This document shows, piece after piece, positions 10,486 through 22,500 of a DNA stretch of 49,907 nucleotides. Positions within the stretch are counted from its first letter, which is position 1, and each line of letters begins with the position of its first letter. The position numbers and the translations under genes were made by a program. This DNA is from Intoshia linei (taxonomy: Eukaryota; Animalia; Orthonectida): assembly GCA_001642005.1 (NCBI GenBank), contig LWCA01000125.1, positions 1-49,907 of the forward strand. The letters run 5' to 3'. Under the pieces are notes generated by a model that saw only the letters and a list, made by a program, of their open reading frames with translations, was not told the DNA's origin and made no database searches.

Positions 10486-13400
10486 CTATAAACAATTTTT
10501 TATAGTCGTGTCCAATTTTTTCAATTCATTTGACAATGAAAAACACTTAACTTTAAGTTGATTCAAATGCACAATCAAACTCGACAAGTTTTTAGATACA
10601 AATTTCGATTCCTTAGACAATTGTTTATCATCCTGATTAGTTTTAGCATCAATGGATTCTGAATTTGAATCAACATTATTTTTTTCAAAAACGTCGTACT
10701 TGTAACACAAACTAGTTGACCTGTCCACTTGTTTATGAATATCTAATATCAACATATTTCCGAAATCTCGATATATAGTTTGTATAACAAAAGACTCGTG
10801 TTGAATCTCATTCATCAAAGATTCAATCACAGTTACAATTGAAAAATGTTTTTCAAATTCAGGAGTTTGAACTTGCTTTAAAATTTTTGTCAAGTGGAAT
10901 TTACTTAATGCTTTGTCGATTAAATTTTTTTCTGCTACAGGAATTTGTGTATTGTTTTTTCGTCCTTTTTCCAAAACGTCAAGTATAGACTGCATTGTAT
11001 TTGATAAGCCGTCAGAGTTTTTAATGCTATTTAAACTTTCGTTTTTTAATGAAATTAATTCATCAGATTTATTAAAGTATTTTAAACCTCCTCCATGACT
11101 AGTCCAATAATTCTTTGTGTGTTTGATTTGATCATCATGGTTTATGTGAAAATTTAAAATTTTATCGATTTCAGGCCACTTTGAAGCCAAATCACTTGGG
11201 TAGTAACCCAAAGAGTTTACTAAAAATATATCAATCTTGCAATTTAGTAATAATTCAACAATTTCTATACTTCCTTCTTCTATGGCGTAATGTAACGCAG
11301 TGTTTCCAGTTTTGGACTAATTTTTAATTATAAAATAAATTATGTATATTTTTAATTACATCATACTTTTTATAGGTATTTTTATATATTTTATCCAAAG
11401 TCAGTTTTTATGATTTGATTAAAACTTTCCCAAAAATGACTAGAAATGACTTTCTTTAAAAAGATGAATGTCAATTCCAAATATCTATAAATTGGTTAAT
11501 TATTATATTTTTCATCGTCTAAGTGGGTGGGTGCTATTTTTCACCCGTTAGTTAATTCACTTTTTATCAACAATATTGAAATAAATTACAGATATACCAT
11601 ATTTATTTATTTCTACAATGAAAATTATTAATGTGAATGATTCATCAAAATTTGAATTTAAATTAGTATTTTATAGGCGCTTATGTTTTTTATAAATCAA
11701 GCTGGTTCGTTAGCCATTTTTGACAAATTTCATTTCAAAAAATGCCTCAAATTTTAATTTAATTTTAATGAAATTTAATTATAATGAGATATAATGAAAA
11801 AATTAATTCAATAATGTCAGTAATAAATATTTGACTCTTAAATAAATAATGTATTAAATAATATCAACATTATTAATAAAAAAACAGTAATTTAAATACA
11901 TGTAATATTACTGCTTTCAATTAAAACAAGAATTTAAATTTATATTACACGAATTAATTTTAAAATGTAGATTTAATAACGGAAAATTTAAAAAGACTTA
12001 CCGTTCCCTCTAATAAAAGTATTTACAAAGTCAGTTCTTGGTCAGAGTTATGCAAAGCGGTCGGAATCACGATTCGAATTATGTTACAGTTAAAAAATGT
12101 TACTGAATGATTTATACATATGGAAGTTTGAAGTGAATGCTTCGAACTGTGTTGAACAGCTCCTGTGCAAAAAATTAACAAAATTTAGTATTCAATTATA
12201 ATAATTGTACGCTATAATAAGGACTTAGACTGTAATATACTGATAATCCATTATTATATAAAGTAATTTAGTTAAAAATGGGCGTCTACTTAAATCCAAC
12301 CATTTTTACTAAAAATCTAGTTTTATTAACCCTTAAGGATAAAGTCCAGTTTTACAACCCTTTAGGGAAGAATTCAATTTTATCGATTTTCAGAGTATCC
12401 CATAAAAACTCAGTAACACAAAAAAAACAAATTAAAGTTCTTAAATAGAAGGATTATTGATAAAAATATGTATTCAATATAGATTTTTCCGTCATTGAAA
12501 TATTTGATATTTGCTTGATTAGATGTTATAGTGGTCTTCCTCGGTTTCTAAGTATTTTTATTGAAAAAAGGTTGGATTTTAGTAATAATGGTTGAATTTA
12601 AAAAAATTCTCGTTAAAAATCTATGTCTATTTGTTAATTTATCTGTCTGTTTCAGTTTATTTACGTTAAAAAAGTAAGGAGTCGGGTTTTAAAAATTCCA
12701 TATTTCTATTACGATTTTGGAGAGTGTTGTTTTATCGAAAATTTCATTTTCAGAAATTGAATCCTTCAAGGTCAAAAACCCAATTGTCCTTTTTTTGAAA
12801 TTCAAATCCGTCCTAGAATTATAAAAAATATGGAATCTGATAAAGATTTTAAAATCATTAACATTATGATCATTTTCAATTTTAAAATCTAATATCTTTA
12901 CGGCCAAAACCACAAATTACCATTTTTTGTAAAAATTAAAAGTCCTAGAATTTTATACAACATAACTTCTGGGATAAAAAGATAATTTTCACGATCAAAA
13001 CCCAGATTACTTTTTTTTAAAAATGAAAACTGGCCTAGAACCAGAGCCGTTTTAAGCCACTTCGTGGCCTTGGGCTAAGCAAAGGACCGGAGGTCCTTTA
13101 AAGTTTTGAGCGAAGCAAAAAAGTATTTGGAAATATTTTGAAAATTTCTTTAAAACTACTCCTTTAAAGGGTTGATAATAGTGAATAGTTTAAATTTTGC
13201 ATTTTTAAGTTAGATTTTCTTATTATTATGTGAATTTATTTTTTTGGTAGAATAAAAATATCCGCGCTCGGCATAACAGTCAACTAGCATTTAGATAAAA
13301 TTTCTTAGAAATTAAATTTTTCCCGTTGCTTAAAATTTAATGTGAAATTACTGGTTATAGTTCAAAAAAATTAAGGAACACGTGGTTTAATAAAAATTTG

Positions 13401-14824
13401 AATATATTATCTGCGTTGAGAGCAAAAGCACTATTTACAAAATTTTTCCAAGATTTGAATCAAACTGTTTTAATAAAACTTTCTTCGAATTTTTCCGATA
13501 ACCTAGTTTTCCACAATTTGACGTAAAAAAAAATTTAATAAATAGTAAAATACCTGTAAATTGAAAAGAATGTCACTGTTAAATTTTGAGTTAAGCAAGT
13601 ATAAAATCATGGGGTAATTTCCTTTAATGGCAGCCATCATAATTGCAGTGCAACCAAAATTATCTCTTTCATTAATGTCAATTTGGTTAGTTTCTTTCAA
13701 TAATTTTGCCACTTTTAGAGACCCTGAAATTACAGCAGTCATAAATGGAGTACTACCGTAAAAATCAATTTGATTAACATTCACATTGTGACACAACAAA
13801 GTATTTGCAATTTCTCCATTATTTGTCAAACCACACAAATGTAATGCTGTTCGTTTATCATATAGTGTTGTTTCATTTACGTCTGAAGTTTCAATCAACT
13901 AAATTGATACTACATAATTTAAAACTGAAAAGAATCGATAATAGTGACTAGGGACATATGACTTAAGTGCAGTGGTTCCAAAACTTTTTACTGTTGTCAC
14001 GCACTCAAAATTAATGAAACATTTGAAGATACATCCTATATGTAAAAAAATTTCTTAAAACTTCAAATATTCAAATATAGCCCGAAAAATTTGAAAGAGT
14101 TTTGTGGAATAGTCCCAAAAAAATGTTGAAAAATTATCAAAATGACTATCAACCGTTTGGTCATTTGTTTACTTAAACTTAACTTAAACTATCATAAGTT
14201 GAAAATTATAAATATAAAATATATACGAATGTAACACAAAACACAAAATTATGTAAAATTTAAAATTTTGGAATTATAATTAAAAATCTCGTAACGCATC
14301 TAATTTTGTCTAAGGCCCACGGTTTGGAAACCACTGCCTTAAAGATCACTAGGTTCCTCATTTTTTTGAATAATGCATAATGTTCTACTCCTGGCACTAC
14401 AATAGAAACTAACAGCCCTAGAAATTACAAATACCCCTCTAGACTATGAAATTTATGGTATATCTGTAAACTGTTTCAATCAAGTAACGATCATGTTACC
14501 ACCGTGGTCCTTAGATTTCTGAACGTATATATTTCGACTAGCTTAGAATGTCTAAGCTAAATTAATCTAATAATATTTTTTCCAAGTAAAATTAATTAGT
14601 CCAATAATATTTGCAATGTTACACCTAATACCGTAGATTTAATTAAAGTACAATAATTATTAATTATAAAGTACATCTAACGTTAAAACCATATTTTTTG
14701 TGAATATCGCTTCATGTAATGGAGTAAAATTGTCTTGTGAAGTACGAATAGCTTTTTTTAATTTACCTCCAGACTTGATCGCATCACTACTAAAGGAAAA
14801 ATATCTATTTCTAATTTCTTTCAT
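10486..14824 (-). CDS. Ankyrin-repeat protein (about 5 repeats) with helical/coiled-coil C-terminus
   Basis: Exons approx 14675-14824, 13554-13898, 10486-11316; repeats FTPLHEAI, RTALHLCG, GSTPFMTAV, GCTAIMMAA, GNTALHYAIEEGSIEIVELLL. True start uncertain. Confidence 0.85.
12279..12600. mobile_element. Unclassified TIR-like element (second partial copy at 41639-41815)
   Basis: ggg(c/t)gtctacttaaatccaaccatttttactaaaaatc is near-identical at 12280 and 41640; a degenerate inverted copy lies at about 12569-12600. Confidence 0.5.
12610..13287 (+). mobile_element. Degenerate Helitron (family B) interrupted by a hAT MITE end at about 13042
   Basis: ctgt microsatellite near the 5' end; body is the reverse complement of about 35030-35400; ends ctcggcataacagtcaactag like the other Helitron 3' ends. 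Confidence 0.55.
13970..14336. mobile_element. hAT-type MITE
   Basis: TIRs CAGTGGTTCCAAAAC / GTTTGGAAACCACTG; flanks only partly duplicated. Confidence 0.7.
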
Positions 14825-15306
14825 GTTGATATCAATACAAAAAATATATTACAATATTTACTAAATTTAATATAACGAGGTTAAAATTATGTATCCATAT
14901 TTAAAAATTTAATATTATATTACAAATTTTTACACATTAGAATTGTTTTTAAGAAATCTAATTTACCATTTTCTTCATTTGTACAATTTTGCATTATTTT
15001 GGTCAAATCACAAAAATTGCTATATCCTAAATTTCCTATTCATTAATGAAGGTTAAAAAACAAACTACTTAAAATATTAATTAGCCCAAATTTATTATAG
15101 AAATTTAGTATAAAAATTAAATTTATCAAATTCAATAAATATTTCATATAAATCTATAATTTAGGTACATTTGTATTTATGTTGCAAATTGCAATTAGAA
15201 ATTAAGAACATTGATTGTAGTTGATAATTTTATCAAAAAAATATTTATAAACTAATAATGTACCAATTTAAAACATAAATACATAAATAAACATAAAACA
15301 TGATAA

Positions 15307-18300
15307 CCTTTGAAACCATTTTCGGTGTAAATAAATGTGAGTTGTTGACTTTCATCTTGTGAGAAATTTATATTTATGTTAATTTTATTGTCTAATTTAA
15401 TATTAAATCTATTAATTTAAAAAATTACCAATTTCACAATATGATAAGGACATTCCTGTGGTTTTTTTTAAGATTGAAATCATATTTTCTAATTTAGATA
15501 AAGACATGTTATTTTTCTTAACTAAATTGCATTATTAAAATTATTATAAATGTGCACTGCACCTTGTGCAGTGTAGTTATCTAATTGGGATGCGTATTAT
15601 TTATTATGCGATATAAATTTTCTATTAAAAGCTATTTCTTTGAGAAAAACATGTCACAAAACTCATTAAAATATATTTAATTTCTTAATAAGTTTTAAGA
15701 AAATTTTTATCGACCATTAAAACTTTCGGTATAATCTTTAGTTTTGATGAATTGAATTGGTTTTCGTTTCTATATTATTTAACAGCTTAAGAAATTTTGT
15801 ATTGATGATCAACTTTAAAAATTGCAAACAATCCTGACTTATATAATATGCTTTGTGTGTGTGTTATCGTTAATTTCAATAATTACCAGTCTTAGAATTT
15901 TATAAAGTCCACATTTCTATTACAGTTTTATCCGAGGGTTTTAGTAAGATAAATTTCAACCTCCCAAACTCACATCTTACGGGTCAAAAAGTCCAATTAT
16001 CCTTTTTTTGAAAATCAAACGAGTTCGACAATTTAAATTATATCTACAGGACCAAATGCCCAAATTACCCTTTTTTTTAATGAAAACAGCCCTACAATTA
16101 AAAAAATTTATAGGTGATACAGTTGTATCCTGTTAACACACACAAAAAATTTCAATTTAAATTGTAAGTTAGGATCTATATGACTATATTTTTTTATCTC
16201 ACGGTGCGGCCTTATCAATTTCAAATTATTGGAATCTGGCCTTATGTATGAAATGGGTTACCCATCCCTGTTATAAGGTATCATTTATTGTGAAAATTTA
16301 AATTTAAAAACTCGAACTAATCTTTAAAGTAATGTTAACCTTCATGATGTAGGGTCAAATCATCAACACAAATTGCAAGTTTTTGAATTTTCTCGATTCC
16401 ATCAATTTTTTTTTGGATTACTGGTATATCATCAGGTTTAACATTAACTAAACTACACATTTCAATAATTATAGAATAATTAGCTGAAAGCAAGTATGTG
16501 AGACTAGGGCAGTGTTTCTAAAGCGGATCGCCCTATCAACTTTTATATGTGTTGGTAGAATTTAAGGAGAGCCGATACCTATCACTAGAGAGTGGTTACC
16601 GATTCAAATAGTGTACGTACCCCTTTGAAAATATTTATTTTTTTGGACCCTAAAGGAAACATGAAATAGAAACATTTATAACAAAAATGAAATTTTTTTT
16701 AAAAAAATATTGGAAAAAAACGATTTTTCCTTGATGTATAATAAAATTGAATTTTTTATATTGTGCTTGGATAAAGTCGACTTTTCCCTGGTTGTTTGAA
16801 ATTTTATTTTTTATTAACACTTATGGCACTGTATTTTTATTAAATTTGGAATAAAATTGGGGTTGTTTAAATATTAATGTAGCGGTCGTATAGGCTTAAG
16901 GATACACTCCAAACATCCGGCAATTCTGTAATAAATATTAAAAATTCTCCTATAACAATAAAGATAAGTTGATAAAATTTTTTTCATATTTTATTTGAAT
17001 CTTACAGACCCGTATTAAGCCACTTCGTAGCCCTGGGCTAAGCAAAGGGCCGGAATCGCTTTAAAATTTCGAGCGAAGCAATAAAAAAAAAAAAAATTAG
17101 GTCCTGTTTATAAGGCAGGGCATACTGTTGGTTGGAAACTTAGATTCTTATTTCATTGAGTATTAATAAAAGCATTAAAAGATATTATGTATATTTCTAG
17201 TAACTTATTTTTTTACAAAAACCTAATTACAATAATTAATGAACAAAGTTTACTTTTTCATTTGAAAATATGCACCATGCAGTCATTTTAAGATAATCTC
17301 TTAAGAATTAAGAGCTCTTTTTAAGATATAAATGTAAAGTACTTTTATTAATTTGGGGCCTTTTTAATGAGCGTCCCTGGGCTACATCCCATATTGCCCA
17401 TGCGTTAAAACGGCTCTGCCCCAGACATATAGTTTTGGATCTCTAAGGGGTTCAAGGGCCCAATCGGAAACAACTGACTTAGGGTCAGTTGAATCAGAAT
17501 TTTTTTTGGAACCATTAAAGCAAGGTACAAAATATATACAAGTTCACCCCAATCAAAAAAGACTAAGAAAAACTGGACTTAGTTAGTGGAGAATAGTCAC
17601 AAGTGGAACCATTTTAAAACTAAAACATTAAACGGATACTTTGGAAATTTCTGATTGACATACGTACTAAAAAAATTTTCTTAAGTTTAATTCATATAAT
17701 TTAAGTAATTCTTAATAAATCATGAAAAAATCTGATAAAAACAAATTTTCGTGATATGAAACGCTACAAAAAAAAGAAAATATAATAATCTGTTTGAAAA
17801 CATGTTATACGTACTGATACACGTACATGTACTGATTTTTGGGTCAAAAAAGTTTTTCCCATTCTATTAAAAAATTTTACATTTATCTACACCAGGGGTT
17901 CCCAAACTAATTTTGTCTACCGCACCCTTTTTAGCAATATATTTTCTCAATGCCTCCTAAAAAAATTTTCCATTATCGTATTGGTATTAGTTATTTAATA
18001 ACCAAATTTTTTTTTGATTCAACTCATTATGTCCAAAGTCGATATTTAATAATTAAAAAAGTAGATTATATGTTAATTAAAAAATAATATATTTATTACT
18101 GTCATTGTTCATATTAGTAGATCTCAAACTTGCTATAAAAATATCCCTTTACAACCAGAGCCGTTTTAAGGCATTGGCAATATGGGCTGTAGCCCAGGGC
18201 CCCAAATTAATAAAAGTGCAAAAAGAGGCCCCAATTTATTAAAAAATACTTTACATTTATAACTTTAAGAATTAGTTTATAAGTTTTGAAGTGTGGGAAT

Positions 18301-19082
18301 TAAAATAGTTTAAAGAATCAAGGTTCTGGTAATTATTCAAATTAAAATATAATGCTTTTATTAATACTCAATGACATAAGACTATAATTCTCAAACCAAC
18401 AGTATGCCCTGTCTTCTAAACAGGGGACCTAAATTTTTTTTATCGCTCCCCTCGAAATTTTAAAGGGGCCGGCCCTTTGCTTAGCCCAGGGTCACGAAGT
18501 GGCTTAAGACGGCTCTGCTTACAACCAAAAAATTCATCAACGCTCCACTCTATCCATCTAAAATCGTTTTTCGAATACACACTGTAATTAATAATTAAAA
18601 TGCTATAATAAAACAATCAATAAAAATTGACAAGGAACAAGGAAGTATATTTTAAATTTGGTACAGGATCAATTTTACTATACTGAAATATACATATATA
18701 TTAAAAAAAAATTTCTATTAATGTTTTTATAATTTTTTTAAATCACCCCCAGATGAAAATCGCCCACTTTGGAAACCCTTTATCTACACTGTAGATTCTA
18801 CAGTAGTCAATTATTGTATTATCCTTGAATTAAACCATATTTATCAAATATATTTCGAGACTGAAACATAATAGAAAATTCAAAACGAACACTAAATCAT
18901 TGTCTAAAACACAGTATAATGTCTAAAATGTAAGTATAAAAATTACCATCAACAAAATTGACAAAATCGTCATTAATCTTGCAATCATCAAAATTCATTT
19001 TTTTTACAGATTTTTTTTTAATATAATCATCTGCAACCTCTCCTTTATAATCATAAGTAATATTGTAAAAACTTTTTGACAT
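15307..19082 (-). CDS. Hypothetical multi-exon gene(s), structure unresolved
   Basis: AG/GT-bounded open segments at about 18947-19082 (MSKSFYNITYDYKGEVADD), 16340-16448 (NVKPDDIPVIQKKIDGIEKIQKLAICVDDL), 15429-15507 and 15308-15391. I could not join them in phase with confidence; no motif. Confidence 0.3.
15832..16150 (+). mobile_element. Helitron family A 5' fragment
   Basis: A|TCCTGACTTATATAATATGC plus (tg)n; colinear with 9149-9497. Confidence 0.7.
17005..17418. mobile_element. hAT MITE, CAGAGCCG family
   Basis: Ends CAGACCCGTATTAAG...TTAAAACGGCTCTG; colinear with 28098-28665 but lacks the transposase remnant; nested in an older CAG..CTG element (about 16510-17476). Confidence 0.8.
17893..18781. 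mobile_element. hAT (Buster-like) MITE hosting a nested MITE
   Basis: Perfect 8-bp TSD ATCTACAC (17885-17892, 18782-18789); ends CAGGGGTTCCCAAA...TTTGGAAACCCTTT. Confidence 0.8.
18156..18517. mobile_element. hAT MITE, CAGAGCCG family (inverted relative to the 28098 copy)
   Basis: TIRs CAGAGCCGTTTTAAG / CTTAAGACGGCTCTG; TSD tttacaac/cttacaac (7/8). Confidence 0.88.
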
Positions 19083-19518
19083 GTAAAAATATTTTGCCTG
19101 TAATCAAAATTTATAAATTTAAAAAATAGCGCAAATTTAAAATTTACAAACTTTATTACAAACTAAATAATTACTAAAATTGTAGAATTTCAACCAGACT
19201 ATTCTTAGATTTAGGCTAAAGTTTAGCTGATTAATTTAATGATCTTGCATATTTTATTGTTTTATTGTTATTATATTTTCAAATACAATTATTATTAAAA
19301 TATGATTATTGTCTAATTAAAACGCATTTAAAAGTTGTATGTTACATAATCCATTACTTTTCTCAATAAACAATTTAGTACAAATAAACATTTAACTGGC
19401 TTCAAATTTGAATCATTATGGCATTTTTTATATTTAACCACATTACTATAATAAATTAATTTAATTTTTTAACATATTTTTAGTACTTTTGTATTTATAA
19501 ATTAAAATTAAAGTGTAA

Positions 19519-22500
19519 ATGTTGACTAACGGAGGTATATTTAGTTTTTAATTTTTTTGTTGATCCAAATGACATTACTTATGATACACATTAACTGGAT
19601 ACACAGAAACAATTTTTAAATGAAAGAATTGTTTGACGCAATAAAAGGTTTAATTTGCTATTTTGTTCATTTTTTATTTAGATGACACTGAATATGATCA
19701 AGAGGATGCTCCAAAATTAGTACAGTTCCAAAAAATGATTTTGGATACGTCTGAAACCAATTTAAACTTTAGGAATAAGCGTAGAACTTCATCTATTCCA
19801 TGTATTGAAAATATTAATTCAAGTCTATTCAATACACCTTTATTTAAGGGTGTTGATGTCGAAGGAGGAATTCGAATTGTTAATATTATGTATTTTCTGT
19901 ATCTTTTTGCTTTACATGTTTTTTAGAGATACTAATTTTATATGTATGTGCTTGCGATTTGCACCGGATGGTTCACATTTTGCCGTGGGGTTTTCTAATG
20001 GTCTTATACAGGTTATTGTTCAATTTTACTCTTTTTAACTTTTTACATTGGAATTACATTGTTAGTTGTACACTTCACCTCATGGAAAACTTTTAAATGT
20101 TCTCAATGACAATGAATCTCAAGCCTGCACGTCTATTCATTTTAACAATAATTATATGACGGAAAACTTACAAATTACGACTGTGTTGTTAGCTAGTCGT
20201 AATTTTTTATTTTTTATTTATAGACATTTGGTTTATAAAAGGCAGTTATTACTTACAATTACTTAGTGTTAATAACTCACGTCTTGTAAAAATTGGTAAC
20301 CATTTGTGAATAAATAAATTATATAATAAAAAAATGTAGATATATCAGGGAATATTAGATTGTGGCATTATGCCACACAGACTTGCTTATTTACAATTAA
20401 CGAAAACAGACAAACCTTGTATTGTTCTTTTAGCACAGATGGTTCTAAATTTATAAGTTGTGGTGTGGATTGTGTTATATATACCTATGATTTCAATACT
20501 TGTAATATTTTAACTCGTCATAAAGCCAGGTAATTAGATACAATTCATTATAATAATAATAAAAAGATTACTTATTTACAAACCAAAAAATTTAGTCACT
20601 CTAAAGACAAAATGAACGGACATAGAGGGAGAGTATTTTCAGCAAAATATCATCCAAATCATAAAAATGTATTCATTTCCGGTGGTTGGGATGATACTAT
20701 ACAGGTTTCTTTTTAAAATTAGAATTTAAAGAGAAATTGAAATATTCTTAAATTTAAAATTATAGAGTAGATTCTCTCTATTTTAAAAATTTAATTTCGT
20801 TTAAATTGAGCAACATTTTAATATGAGCATTTATTTTATAAGTAAACTAGGTTGACTGTTATGTACTACGTACAAACAGCACCTAGCTCTGCCGAGGGCC
20901 CATTTTTATTATAATTCTGTTTTGTTAACATTTACGTAAAGAATTTTAAGAATAATTGTTTCCCATTTTTTTAATTTATTAGACAGAATGTGTGTATAAC
21001 ATTAAAAATAAAGTAAAAACAATTTAATCCTAAAAATTGTCATAAATAGCATAAATTCCAAAAAAAATAAAAAATAAAAAATAGGTTGTATAATTTTCAA
21101 TGTGATAATATATATTCAGTACCAATTTAATAAATACTTAAAATCCCAATTATGTATCAACAATTAACGGAATCAGCACTTTATAAACATATTTCAGGTG
21201 AATTTTACCAATATTGCAAAGGATTGTAATAAATATAAAAATGATACCAACAAATTTGTATTACTTTTAGTAATTGTTGTTGCATATTTAATTTAAATTT
21301 TATATAAAATGTTTTGAAAATGAGAATTTGAGATTCAAAAATTGGGTAGCAATGAAAAAAATTCCGAAGGATAGAATTATATAGATTTTCACCCATATTT
21401 AATTATTGGAAATGTGTAGACGATCAATGCACATTTTTTTGAAATTGTAGGATCAATATTTACATTTTCAATTCTTATTTTACTTATTTAAAGGTTAACC
21501 TTTATCCGGTCAATGTTCCCAAAATGGAACATGTTTTTCAGGTACAATTTAAAGTACATTAGTATGTCTTTACAATGCATCTAATCGAATTAATCGAACA
21601 CCAATCATATCGTCTATCATTTCTAAAAAAATTATCAATTTATATCCATTAATTCGTGTTTTAGAGAGTCAAGAAAATTTATAGATTTTCAGTCCCATTT
21701 TCAATTTGAAATTTAAAGCTTTTTTTTCAACTACAACACTGGCTCGGTCACCTATTATTTTCCATCATATATATTATTAATTTAATTTAAATTTGAAAAA
21801 TAGTGGTTGATAATATACTAAAAATTATTTTTCACCGACAATGCGTAGATTTCTGAGGGTTGAAATTTTGTATTTATATTAACTGGAATAAGCTCTATCA
21901 GAATAATCTTCTTTTTTTTATTTTTCGGACCGTTAATTATTTCACATTTTTTGTTTTAATAAAATAATTCGTAAAAAAAATATATGAATATTAAAATGCT
22001 TTTTTGACCGTGAAGGCATCATTTATTCGGATTGAAATTTTTTGTGTGTGTTAACAGTATACAACTGTACCACCTGTAAATTTTTTTAAATTCTAGGGCT
22101 GTTTTCATTCACAAAAACAGGGTAATTTGTGGTTTTGGCACTGAAGATATTTTTTTTTAAATTTAAATTGATGATACTATTTATGATTTTAAAATCAGTA
22201 TCAGAGTATATATTTTTTTTAAATTCTCGAACTCGTTTAATTTTCAAAAAAGGACAATTGGATTTTTTGACCCGTAAGATGTGAGTTTTTGAGGTTGAAA
22301 TTTATTTTGTTAACTCTCCTGGAAAAAACTGTAATTGAAATGTGGACTTTATAAAATTCTAAGACTAATAGTTGTTGAAATAAAGGGTAACACACACACA
22401 AACAAATATTGCCTAAAATATAAAAGTAAGGATTATAATTTATTTTAAATGTGATTCGATAGTTGTCATATTATTATAAACTTTATATGGAACATTTCGA

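Noticed and set aside
10304-10495. Minus-strand 63-aa ORF apparently overlapping the ankyrin ORF stop
   Set aside because: It is the antisense shadow of the real plus-strand GLMP last exon (TM + YETI).
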